A program made the translations under genes and the position numbers. Shown here in pieces: positions 51,984-64,000 of a stretch of 64,000 nucleotides of DNA. Each line of letters starts with the position of its first letter. Within the stretch, counting starts at the first letter, position 1. The notes under the pieces are model-generated. The model worked only from the letters and a program-made list of their open reading frames with translations. It was not told the origin of the DNA and ran no database searches. Source of the DNA: Octopus vulgaris (taxonomy: Eukaryota); the NCBI GenBank assembly GCA_951406725.2, contig OX597832.1, positions 41,726,001-41,790,000 on the forward strand, read 5' to 3'.

Positions 51984-52352
51984 TATATTATATTATATTC
52001 TAGATTAAAAGCTGCACTCTGTGAGGACTTTTGAGCTAGCTCCTGCGGAGGGATAATTAGGCCTGTGGCCCAAAACTGAAGCAAGCAATAATAATAAAGC
52101 ATTTATTGGTGCCCTACTAATATGGTATTACTTTAAATTCAATTTAAATGAAAAACTTGTAATTTTCTATGGCCAGCTGCCCCTCCTATCACCAGCCCTC
52201 ATTTGTTTTCAAATAAGGAAATAGTTTCCCCCAAAGACCACACGGTTTCATGGAAGATTTGAAGTAAATGACACCACTTTTATGACAGTGAAACTTGTTT
52301 ACAATGTCACGATGAAGAGGCACAAACTTACTCAGACACACACACACACACG

Positions 52353-52426
<74 letters not shown>

Positions 52427-52501
52427 TAAACAAACACAAACACACACACACACACACACACACAAACAAACAAACACACACAAACACAAACACACACACA
52501 A

Positions 52502-52578
<77 letters not shown>

Positions 52579-52610
52579 AACACACACACACACACAAACA
52601 AACAAACACA

Positions 52611-52658
<48 letters not shown>

Positions 52659-52708
52659 AACACACACACACACACAAAGACAGAGAGTTTTAGATAACTA
52701 TGTATATG

Positions 52709-53200
52709 CAGGGTGCAATGGGTAAAACTGTTGCCATTTCATATTTTTAATTTTACGCATGTGCATTCTTTGTTTTTGATTCTGTTGACAACACAATATA
52801 TAGTAAGGTCAGTCGGGCATTGTCTTTGAGAAAAACAGCACCATGACGCAATTTACTCTGCCTGATATTTGGAAATGACATGCGGTACTGCTTGGCATTT
52901 CAGAATGTTTGGGTGTCAATCTGAGGACAGAGCAATCTGAGGACATGTACCGAGAGTGATAAAAATCAAACATGCAGTCAACACCATGGTGTTTGGAGTG
53001 ATCACTAGTGATGGTGATGTTATGCCTCCATTCATCTTCCCACACAGCCTCAGACTCAACACAGAGGCCTACACCAAGTGCCTGGAGGAGGTAGTGCTGC
53101 CCTGGGTCAAGAGGGTGGCTGCAGGAAGACCACATGTCTGGCAACAGGAATCTGCACCATGCCACACAAGTAGGAGAACCCAGTCATCGCTGTCAGACAG
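52709..53200 (+). mobile_element. Internally deleted Tc1/mariner (maT, DD37D-like) transposon
   Basis: CAGGGTG terminus. Peptide KHAVNTMVFGVITSDGDVMPPFIFP..LRLNTEAY..CLEEVVLPW...GRPHVWQQESAPCHTSRRTQ spans the second catalytic Asp region (QQDSAP, here QQESAP). Confidence 0.85.
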
Positions 53201-53673
53201 CCAAAATTCTAAAAAACAGAATCAAACCCACAACCACATATTTACCAATACTGCTTCTTAACCAGACAGCAGCGCTAGACACAGAATTGTGTATTCCTGC
53301 AGAGTACATAAGAAAATGATTTTGTTGGTACACCAACGCACTACAGACATAAGTTACTAAAAATAAGCTAAGAACAGGGTTACTATATCATATTGCAAAA
53401 GTATTTCAGTGCACCAATATACTGCTGGATGTACATTACTATACAAATCGGGTGCAGCTAAATATACAGTAAGCAATTTATGGTGCAGTTTATGTACTGC
53501 AGTTCTTGTAATATGACAGCAGAACTGGTATTTGGCGTATCTTTAGGCTATGTACCACATATAATGCGGATGTTATAAACAGTGGGATGGACACAGCTCA
53601 CACTCAAGTACAAACACACACACAGAAGAAATTGTGTGTGCAAATAGATGTATGACTGCTGCTGTTATGTTTA

Positions 53674-53905
53674 AGGCAGCGAGCTGGCAGAACGGTTAGC
53701 ATGCCGGGCGAAATGCTTAGCAGTATTTCGTCCACCGCTGCGTTCTGAGTTCAAATCCCGCCAAGGTCGACTTTGCCTTTCATCCTTTCGGGGTCGATAA
53801 ATTAAATACCGGTCACGCACTGGGGTCGATATGATCGACTTAATTCGTTTGTCTGTCCTTGATTGTCCTCTCTGTGTTTAGCCCCTTGAGCTTAGTAAAG
53901 AAATA
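53674..53905 (+). mobile_element. Full-length SINE family A
   Basis: TSD GTTATGTTTA at 53664-53673 and 53906-53915. Confidence 0.9.
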
Positions 53906-55032
53906 GTTATGTTTAGACCTCCACACGGATCATCATAATCCAGTCTGCTTCCTGTATGGTTAAGTAACCTGTGTACTGAGTAGTAGTATCAGTTATGAAC
54001 TTCAGAGCAAGTGTAGGAGAAATAAGGTTAAACACATGTTTGTATTATGGTTCCTACACACGTTTCAACATTATGGTTGTTTGGAGCCCAGCAACAGGTG
54101 TTCAAATTTGCAGAAAAAAACAAAAGACGAAAACAGGTGAGGGAGCAACAAGCAGGTGTATTAGCTTAATGCTCGGGAAGAATGGAAAAGTCTATATCTA
54201 TATATACATGGACACACACACACACATGCATATATATGTATGTATGCATGCATATATATATATATGTGTGTGTGTGTGTGGATACTTTTTAATGTAATTT
54301 AGTACAAATATCTTTCTGATGGGGTACTCTTTTACTCTTTTACTTGAATAAGTACTGGGCTTACAAAGAATAAGTCCTAGGAGGGTCCATCCGTGTAAAA
54401 TAGGAATCAAAGGAATCATGGGCAAAAAATGGCTGAGAAAAACTGATTCAATGTATCTTGTTTACAAAGACGGAAAAGAGCATTTGCCATTTGGCGGATA
54501 TTCGGCTACTGATTCTAACTTGTCGAACAACAACGAAAAGGCAACAGTTGGTGGCTTTTCTGGATCAATGTTGTTTACGCTAGAAACCAACTTGGCGTTA
54601 TTGTTCAGATAGGAAGTCACTAGTATTTATTATTATACTTGTAAACATTGGTGCTATAGGCGTCTGTGTGGGAGTGCATAGTAATCTATTTATGTGTAAA
54701 CATTGTGTATGTGTATGTATGTATATGTTTGTATATGTGTGAAGATATATATATATATATATATATATATAACTAATGTAGGATAAAATTTTTTTGGGGA
54801 AAAACATTTTATCAATGGCCAGCATATCAAAAAATACCTATAAAGGTTAAATTTATAATTAATTATATATATATATGTGTGTGTGTGTGTGTATGTATAT
54901 GTGTGTATATATATATATATTGTCTGTTGAGACATTTTTGTAGACAAAGGAAATAGCAGTCTTTTGGCTGCTATTTCTAAAATTTTCTGTATGTGGTCTA
55001 GCAACTTGTTGCTAAACCCTTATTGTTATAAA

Positions 55033-55073
<41 letters not shown>

Positions 55074-55427
55074 GACATGTTTATTATGTACATATATAAA
55101 TATATATATATATAAATGCTCATACATACATCCAGACATACGACGGGCTTCCACGCAGTTTCCGTCAATCTCACTCACAAAGTATTGGTCAGTCCGTGTC
55201 TATAGTTGAAGTCACTACAGGCACCAACTGAGGTGCCATGCAGAGACGCATCTAATAGTAAAAGTTTACTAAAATTTCTTAACCACACAGCCATGCCTGC
55301 GCCTTTACACCTGTAAACTTGGTGTATATATGTGTGAATGTGTATGTAGACACTTATATTGTTTGCATATATACATATGTATGATGTATGCATACATAAT
55401 GTTTACATACATACATAATGTAAACAT

Positions 55428-55873
55428 TATGTATGTATGTATGTATGTGTGTATGTATGTATGTATGTGTGTATGTATGTATGTATGTATGTATGTGTAT
55501 GTGTGTATGTATGTATGTGTGTATGTATGTATGTATGTGTGTGCATGTATGTATGTGTGTATGTATGTATGTATGTATGTGTGTGTGTATGTATGTGTGT
55601 ATGTATGTATGTATGTATGTATGTATGTATGTATGTATGTATGTATGTATGTATGTATGTATGTATGAATGTGTGTGTGTATGTATGTATGTATGTATGT
55701 ATGTATGAATGTGTGTGTGTATGTATGTATATATGTATGTATGTATGTGTGTGTGTATGTATGTATGTATGATGTATGTATGATGTATGTATGTATGTAT
55801 GTATGATGTATGTATGTATGTATTTATGTATGATGTATGTATGATGTATATATGTATGATGTATGTATGTACG

Positions 55874-55907
<34 letters not shown>

Positions 55908-55910
55908 TGT
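55428..55910. repeat. (TATG)n microsatellite
   Basis: Directly visible. Confidence 0.95.
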
Positions 55911-56076
55911 AGAGAAATAGAGAGGGGAGAGAGGAGGGAGAGAAATATACACGTACATACATAGTGTTTAAAATATGTATGTATACATATATACATATAC
56001 GCATGCATATATACACAATGAATACATATACACATGTGTAAATGGTTGTCTACCAACATGCCTTCTGATTTGTATA

Positions 56077-56397
56077 GGCTGTGTGGTAAGTAGCTTGTTT
56101 ACTAACCACATGGTTCCAGGTTCAGTCCTACTGCGTGGCACCTTAGGCAAGTGTCTTCTACTATGGCCTCAGGCCGACTAAAGCCTTGTGAATGAATTTG
56201 GTAGACGGAAACTGAAAGAAGTCCGTCGTATATATGTATGTTTGTGTGTCTGTGTTTGTCCCCCCCCCCCCCCCAACATCGCTTGACAACCGATGCTGGT
56301 GTGTTTACGTCCCCGTAAAGTAGCGGTTCGGGAAAAGAGACCGATAGAATAAGTACTAGGCTTACAAAGAATAAGTCCTGGGGTCGATTAAAAGAGA
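56077..56397 (+). mobile_element. SINE family B, 3'-deleted
   Basis: Consensus match from GGCTGTGTGGTAAG to GGGGTCGATT. Confidence 0.85.
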
Positions 56398-56515
56398 ATG
56401 TGTGCTTGTGCACGTGTGTGTGTGTGAATATGGCTGTGTGTATGTATGTGCACACAAATATGTATGTGTGTATAAAACACATAATATATTCATTCACATA
56501 GATAGATAGACAGAC

Positions 56516-56602
<87 letters not shown>

Positions 56603-56770
56603 TAGATAGATAGATAGATAGATGGATGGATGGGTAGGTAGATGGGTAGATAGACGGGTAAATAGATAGATAGATAGATGAGTAGATAGATAGATAGGTG
56701 GGTGGGTAGGTAGGTAGATAGATAGACAGATAGGTAAATAGATAGATAGATAGATAAATAGATGGATAGA

Positions 56771-56983
56771 TATGTTTCTTTATTAGCCACACAGGGCTGC
56801 ACACAGATAGAACAAATTACAAGGTAGAGCTTTTCTTTTGAAGGTTTAAGAAAAAAAAAAAAAAAAAAGGAAGGGGGAGTTTCGATCAAAAGGGATCGTA
56901 AAAGGAGAGAAAGAGGACAAAAAAAGGGGGTTTAAAAAAAGGGGGGAGGAAAAAATTGATCAATAGGGATCGTTATCACAGAA
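56771..56983 (-). mobile_element. Retroelement 3' end inserted in a (GATA)n tract
   Basis: Minus strand is pyrimidine-rich and ends TTTGTTCTATCTGTGTGCAGCCCTGTGTGGCTAATAAAGAAACATATC. (GATA)n lies on both sides. Confidence 0.55.
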
Positions 56984-57164
56984 TAGATGGATAGATAGAT
57001 AGATAGATAGATGGGTAGATAGAAATTTAAATAAACAGATACGTACGCATGCAAATATACTGATAAACACATACATAGTTACAAACACTTAGCCATAGAA
57101 ACATACAAAGACACACATACACTAGCACTGGACGGGACGGGAGAGCGGAGACTATGCGGTCGTT

Positions 57165-57340
57165 TAACCTGCTCGAAATAGCAGCCGAATCCACCTCAAA
57201 TCACGACCCAACTGCATGACGGAAAAAGGAAGGACATATTATGTAATATGACGCTGGAAACATGTCTCTGGGAGAGAGTCATGGTTGAAACGTTTTTGAT
57301 CATTGGTTAGCGAAGGCTGACTTGGGCTAAACTGTAACAC
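57165..57340 (+). repeat. Old dispersed repeat (GCTAGAAATAGCAGCCAAATC family)
   Basis: Related stretches at ~4365, 14065, 21440-21610, 28880, 60000 and 61033. Confidence 0.55.
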
Positions 57341-57627
57341 TGTTTACATGTATTTTGAAGCTGCTATTTCCAGCAATACACACACACACACACATGCACA
57401 GCCTACGTACATACATACATACATGGATCCATATTGTTGTTGGTTTGCCAAGGAGCGAGAAATTATGGAATTCAAACACGGAAAAACTTGTTTTTCCTTA
57501 ATCAATTTTAACAAAATTACTCCAAAATGCCAATACAAACGAGTTTCGCGTTACGTATTTTTCAATCGACCATCCCAGCTCACTACGTCTTAAATCATCG
57601 GATAAACACACACACAGACACATTATT

Positions 57628-57694
57628 ATCTATCTATCTATCTATTAATCTATCAACCCATCCATCCTTCCATCCGTCCGTCCGTCCATCCATC

Positions 57695-57779
<85 letters not shown>

Positions 57780-57780
57780 A

Positions 57781-57835
<55 letters not shown>

Positions 57836-57882
57836 TTGTCTGTCTATCTATCTATCCATCGATCCATCCATCTATCTATCTT

Positions 57883-57969
<87 letters not shown>

Positions 57970-57970
57970 G

Positions 57971-58008
<38 letters not shown>

Positions 58009-58021
58009 CATCTATCCATCC

Positions 58022-58055
<34 letters not shown>

Positions 58056-58110
58056 TTACCCATCTATCCATCTATCTATCAATCTATCTATCCATCTATC
58101 TATCTATCTA
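57628..58110. repeat. (TATC)n microsatellite
   Basis: Directly visible. Confidence 0.95.
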
Positions 58111-58569
58111 GCGAACTATTTGCGAGGGTGTGTGTGTGTTCTCAGCAGCAGTGGCATCTCCCAAGATGTAAACATTGCAGATACAATCATTGAGTGCGTG
58201 TGCGCGCAGGCATAGGAAGAAACAGTGTTAAGCACTTGTTTAATTACGTTACGATCTGAGGTAAACGACTTGATGAGCAGATATTATAGACAAGATATAC
58301 AAAGATGAAAGGGGCACATAGCTATTATCATACATATATATTATGGTAGCAACGTAGATGTACATAAACATCTTACATAACACAAACACACATATTAAAC
58401 ACATCACACACACACGCGCGCGCGCACGCACATACTGCGTAACACCATAACAACAGCGACAACAACATAAGCGAAAAACGAAACCATGGAAATAGCCACG
58501 ATAACATCTTTTGGCGCTATTTAGGCGTAACGTCCGAGATTAATGGGATGCTGTTGTATTAATGCTTTC

Positions 58570-59050
58570 TTGCCAGGGTCAAACAACAACTATTATGATT
58601 TTAATTATAGACAGGTTCTGAGTTCAAATTCCGCCGAGGTCGACTTTGCCTTTTTCATCCTTTCGGGGTCGATAAATTAAGTACCATTTACGCACTGTAA
58701 TCGATTTAATCCCTTTGTCTGTCCTTGTTTGTCCCCTCTATGTTTAAGCCCCTTGTGGCTAATAAAGTAATAAATTATAGACGCAAAGCCATAAATACTA
58801 AGAAAAGATTTTGCCAGGCTCAAACAACAACTATTATGATTTTAATTATAGACGGGTTCTGAGTTCAAATTCCGCCGAGGTCGACTTTGCTTTTCATCCT
58901 TTCGGGGCCGATAAATTAAGTACCAGTTACGCACTGGGGGTCGATGTAACCGATTTAATCCCTTTGTCTGTCCTTGTTTGTCCCCTCTCTATATTTAAGC
59001 CCCTTGTGGCTAATAATGAAATAAATTATAAACGCAAAGCCATAAATACT
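58570..59050 (+). repeat. ~240-bp tandem duplication, each unit holding a 5'-truncated family-A SINE plus flanks
   Basis: Units 58570-58810 and 58811-59050. The SINE in each is flanked by the TSD AATTATAGAC (one mismatch in unit 2). Confidence 0.9.
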
Positions 59051-59617
59051 GAGGAAAGATGTTTATGTGTTTACAACTACGTCGACGTTTCTATATTTGC
59101 TCCAAAGACAAATAAATGGATGGTGGGGGTACACATTAATACTGTGGATCTGTTGAAATAGGGGTTACGGGTGGTCAGAATGACCAGTGAACACAGCTGG
59201 GAAAGGGCATCTGCTCTCTTTGGTAATCAGGGTAATCCTGGATCTTTGTGAGTCCTTGGTTGGTCCTAGATGACTGTCCCTTGGTCGGGTCGCTTTATCT
59301 CTTTGTTTTTTGCCATATCTTTTTGTTTGTTTATTTATTTTAATAATCGATTCCGCATCAGCCCTTTCCATTTTTATTTCCTTTATCTAAATATTTATTT
59401 ATTTATTCAATTATTTAAGGAAATACGCCCTTGTAATATCCTCCACCTCCTTTTCATATATTTCCCAACGTAGTAAACTAAAAGATTACTTTCTGAATTC
59501 AAATTTCGCTTTGCCTTTCATCCTCCTGGGGTAGGTAAAATAAAGTTCTAGTTAAGTACTGGACTCTATCTAATTCACAATATCCTTCCATCCACATTTG
59601 AGGCCTTGTCCTTATCA

Positions 59618-59673
<56 letters not shown>

Positions 59674-60163
59674 GTTATTATTTATTCGAATTTTTTTCCG
59701 AAGGAAAGAAACTTTTTATGTATTCTGAAAATCCAGAATAATAAATAAGGATAAGGGAGAAACAAAAAGCAGAAGAAAAGAGTGATGTATACATACGTAA
59801 AAATAAATTTGGATAAGAATAATCCGATTTAATCCAGAGATTACTCCAGAGAACAACACAGATTTCTTCAAACTAACAGAATTTATTTAACCTTTAAACA
59901 ACTACTACTACCACCACCACCACCACCATCATCATAAGTACCACCACCACTACTACTACAAGTACTAGTAAACAAAGAAGCCTCTACGTAGTTGCTCGGA
60001 CTGCTAGAAATAGAAACTAAACCTCCTTTAAATTATAGCCTAGGGGGTGAGTGAGGCTATAATGTGGACTTGGGTTCCCTTGTACATAGGAAAATATCCA
60101 ATGATTGTCTGCTGTCACGGGTCTTTTCATTCGGGGCTTACCCGATGCTAAACAGCAACCACC

Positions 60164-60202
<39 letters not shown>

Positions 60203-60559
60203 GCTGCTACTCCAAGAAGCAACCGAAACAAGGTACTGGGTGAGTTCTCTAATTGAGGGATTAGTAAACTTGGAAGTTTCTCGTCTTTTATTGTTTGGGT
60301 TGGTTCGACGCCAAAATCACAACAGAATGGACCTAAGCCTGATAGCTTCTTGGAAGTTAATGCCAGAAGCTGTTTTTCGCTTTCTTATCCCCTCCACCCC
60401 AACACTCCACCCCTCAACCCCCTTTTCTCCCCCCGTTAAACATTCTGGTTGTCTGCTTTTGACTTTTGTATTTAATTAATGACTTTTTTTTTTTTTGGCT
60501 TTATTGCCGTTTATAAATATAGTTCGTTTCCAGGACAACCGATGAAAACTTCTTCGTAG

Positions 60560-60750
60560 TGGCGTAGGAGTGGTTGTGTGGTGGTAAGTAGCTTGCTTAC
60601 GAACCACATGGTTCCGGGTTCAGTGCAACTGCGTGGCACCTTGGGCATGTGTCTTCTGCTATAGCCTCGGGCCGACCAAAACCTTGTGAGTGGATTTGGT
60701 AGACGGAAACTGAAAGAAGCCCGTCGTATATATGTATATATATATATATG

Positions 60751-60803
<53 letters not shown>

Positions 60804-61020
60804 ATATGTTTGTGTGTCTGTGTTTATCGCCCCAACATCGCTTGACAACCGATGGTGGTGTGTTTACGCCACCGTAACTTAGCGGTTCGGCAAGAGAGTC
60901 CGATATAATAAGTACTAGGCTTACAAAGAATAAGTCCTGAGAGTCGATTTGCTCGACTAAAGGCGGTGCTCCAGCATGGCCACAGTCAAATGACTGAAAC
61001 AAGTGAAAGAGTAAAAGAGT
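60560..61020 (+). mobile_element. Full-length SINE family B
   Basis: Consensus match; most CpGs intact. Confidence 0.9.
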
Positions 61021-61259
61021 ACTAAACCCGGTTGCTAGAAACAGCAGACCAATCTCAAAAAATGTCTCACTACAGCGTGTTTCTCTTAGAAAGGAGAATT
61101 TTGGATCCTGTCGTCAGACATACAAAATATTTGGTGAGGAAACAACAAGAGCTGTTGAAACGTCATTGATTCTAAGTGGGCTGAGTCAAGAATTGTCAGA
61201 CTAAAGAATACATAAATGCGCACGCGTGTGTGTGTGTGTGTGCGTATCTTATTTTGTAT

Positions 61260-61589
61260 CTTTTTTTCTTGTTCAGACAATTAGACTGCGGCCATGCTGG
61301 GGCACCACCGTGAAGAACTTTTAGACGAAAGAATCGACCCCTATGCTTTCTTTTTTGGATCCTGTTACTTATTTTCTCGATCTTTGCCGAACCGCTAATT
61401 GACGAGGACGTAAACACACCAACACCGGTGGACAAACACAAAGACACACAGAGATGTATACATACATATATATATATACATGTGTATATATATATATATA
61501 CATGTGTATATATATATATATATATACACACATCTGTTTGTTGTCTACACCACCTGTCTTCGTCTTTTGTGGGGTTTTTTGTGAATTCT

Positions 61590-61652
<63 letters not shown>

Positions 61653-61820
61653 ATGGTCTTCTATTAGTTTCCGTCTACCAAATCCACTCACAAAGCATTG
61701 GTCGAACCGAGGCTATAGTAAACGACACTTACTAGCCCAAGGTGCCACACAATGGGACTGAACCCGGAACCATGTGGTTGGAAAGCAAGCTTCTTACCAC
61801 ACAACCACACCTGCACCTAT
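61260..61820 (-). mobile_element. SINE family B with a nested Penelope-like stub (61527-61595)
   Basis: Reverse-complement consensus match; tail-to-tail with 60560-61020. Confidence 0.8.
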
Positions 61821-62150
61821 GTATACATACACACACATACAGACACACATCCTCACAATACTTGTGAATGAACAAACGAAAGAAAGTAACAAGTGGGAGG
61901 GGTTACATATATTTTCAGCAACAGTTTGACTCAGCTTCACATGATCCAAACTTTTTGTGGGCGTGTCCACGAAACTTTAAGTCATGTGACGATGATGAGT
62001 GTGTTGTGGTAAGAAGTTTACTTCCTGACTACATGATTCTGGGTTCGATCCCATGGGGGTAGCCCCTTCTGCAAGTGTCTTCTACTGTAGCCCCAGGCAG
62101 ACCAAAGCCTTGTGAGAGGAATTTGGTAGACTGAAACTAAAAGAAGCCTG

Positions 62151-62237
<87 letters not shown>

Positions 62238-62390
62238 GTGTGTGTGCATGTGTAGTGTGTGTGTGGTGTGTGTAGTGTGTGTGTGTCTGTGGTATGGTGT
62301 GTGTGTGTGTGTGGTGTGTGTGGTGGGTGTGGGTGTGGTGTGTGTGTAGTGTGTGGGTGTGTTGTGGTGTGTGTGTGTGGTGAGTGTGTG

Positions 62391-62422
<32 letters not shown>

Positions 62423-62760
62423 GTACCTATGTTTGTGCATCTCTGTTCAACCCCATAACCTTTTACATGGTGCCGATATGAATGCTTCCTACATGGTGCC
62501 AGCAGAAGTGTTATTCATGTTGCGACAGCAGGAGTACTTTTTATGTGGTGCTGGCACAAGTGCTTTTTACATGGCACCAACACAGCACCCAGTTGATAGT
62601 CATCAGAGCTGAGTGAACTGGAGCTAAGTGAAAGAAAGTACCTTGGACAATGATACAACACATTACTTGGTCTAAGAATTGAAAACACGACTTTATGGTC
62701 TTGAACCAAACATCCTAACCACTGGGCCAAATATCTTATACTACAGCACTACAACACCAT

Positions 62761-63260
62761 TATAATAATAATAATGAAATTATTGTATACAGTGCTCAGG
62801 CGCACCACAACTTGTCAGAAAGTGCGTATAAAGCTTATGCAGTAATGTACAAATGTCTGGAAACCGAACAATGTATGAGTCAGATACATGCTTGTGTGTG
62901 TGTATGGAGGGGAGAAAATTAGGTGTAGTGTTGGCGAATCTCAGGAAGCATGGAAGTTTTGAAGGATGCAGTGCTCCGACAACTAACAACTGATGCCGGG
63001 AGTCTGTTCCATGCTTCAGCAACTCTCAGCGTGAAAAAATGTTTCCTGAAGTCATGGGAGCTGTGCTGTTTTCTGACTTTGTAAATATGTCCACGGGTGT
63101 TAGACAGAAGGAGTTTGAAAAGGTGCTCAGAGTTATTGTTTGTAAGATGGTTAAGTGAACATGGGTGTCTGCCAAGTCAGCTGCCAGACGTCGGAGTTTC
63201 AATGTGTCCATGTCCAGGGAAGTAAGGTGTTCAGGATATGGCAAATGCCTGATGGAGTTT
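62761..63260 (-). mobile_element. 5'-truncated CR1-group LINE with 3' UTR and (ATT)n tail
   Basis: Peptide PYPEHLTSLDMDTLKLRRLAADL, then a frameshifted TRGH...FFTLRVAEAWN.LP region. Confidence 0.88.
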
Positions 63261-63470
63261 TGAAGGATGCATTCTCTTCTGTTGCACGTTGATGAACTTA
63301 TAATACAGCACTAAAAACCTAGCATAGTCAACAGCAGTAGTGATAGTGTGTGTGTGCGTGTGTGTGTGTGCGTGTGTGTGAGTGTGTGTGCATTTGAAAG
63401 ATGGCATCAAATGAGCCAATATGTCTGATAAACAACTTAACAGCATCAGTCAGTTGCTAAGCAACAGCAG

Positions 63471-63830
63471 AAAATTAGGTGTAGTGTTGGCGAATCTCAG
63501 GAAGCATGGAAGTTTTGAAGGATGCAGTGCTCCGACAACTAACAACTGATGCCGGCAGTTTGTTCCATGCTTCAGCAACTCTCAGCGTGAAAAAATGTTT
63601 CCTAAAGTCATGGGAGCTGTGCTGTTTTCTGACTTTGTAAATATGTCCACGGGTGTTAGACAGAAGGAGTTTGAAAAGGTGCTCAGAGTTATTGTTAGTA
63701 AGATGGTTAATAATTTTATGGGTGTCTGCCAAGTCAGCTGCCAGACGTCGGAGTTTCAATGTGTCCATGTCCAGGGAAGTAAGGTGTTCAGGATATGGCA
63801 AATGCCTGATGGAGGGTATTCTCTTCGTGA
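63471..63830 (-). mobile_element. Second CR1-group ORF2 C-terminal copy, lacking the 3' UTR
   Basis: Open peptide TKRIPSIRHLPYPEHL...LRRLAADL...NTRGHIYKV...RKHFFTLRVAEAWNKLPASVVSCRSTASFK, the classic CR1/L2 ORF2 terminus. Confidence 0.9.
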
Positions 63831-64000
63831 CCGGACTGGAATGGACTAAAAACTGCAGTGGGGAGTGAACTAGAAGCTGTGAGTTCAAGTGCTGCTTAGG
63901 GAATTGCTGTCGAGTCCAAGTGCGGCAAAGGACTTTTGTGAGACGCGATCAATACACGGAGATCAATATTTTGCTGTTGAGCAGGAGAAGGTGTGAAAGT

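Noticed and set aside
54418-54612. 64-aa ORF MGKKWLRK...
   Set aside because: Its start lies in a reverse-oriented fragment of the hAT MITE end seen at 21989. No recognisable domain or convincing splice sites.
54950-54977. Hairpin GAAATAGCAGTC-TTTT-GGCTGCTATTTC as a terminator or ncRNA
   Set aside because: Both arms match the common GAAATAGCAGCC repeat motif, and intrinsic terminators do not apply in this context.
59162-59247. Possible exon GLRVVRMTSEHSWERASALFGNQGNPGS ending at GTGAGT
   Set aside because: The acceptor lacks a pyrimidine tract and no homology is recognised.

Overview
This is eukaryotic, AT-rich, repeat-saturated DNA. The tRNA-headed SINE families, RTE/CR1/Penelope remnants and extreme microsatellite load point to an octopod cephalopod genome (Octopus sp.); that assignment is an inference from repeat content. 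I cannot support any intact host gene: nearly all ORFs in the supplied track are microsatellite or SINE artefacts. The real protein remnants are transposon-derived: mariner HTH (14.8-15.4 kb), maT/Tc1 DDE (53 kb), CR1-group LINE ends (35.2-35.8, 62.8-63.8 kb), a CRE-clade endonuclease (35.9-36.3 kb) and RTE C-termini (18.2, 27.0, 45.3 kb). The most interesting signals are: (1) a tRNA-headed element whose tail carries a minimal hammerhead ribozyme, as a head-to-head inverted pair (10.5-11.1 kb); (2) (TA)n-embedded Penelope-like elements with variant-core hammerheads and compensatory stem changes; (3) a type III hammerhead-like fold at 5.9 kb; (4) SINE head+body+body multimers with a fixed junction, two of them inside single TSDs; (5) a PBS-like site followed by a palindromic hairpin cluster (30.9-31.1 kb); (6) old 40-bp and 73-bp tandem arrays; (7) a pre-miRNA-like hairpin (29.9-30.0 kb); (8) one candidate exon (43.9 kb) and a CpG-retaining zone (57-61.5 kb). 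Coordinates were read by eye and may be off by a few bases. No database searches were run.
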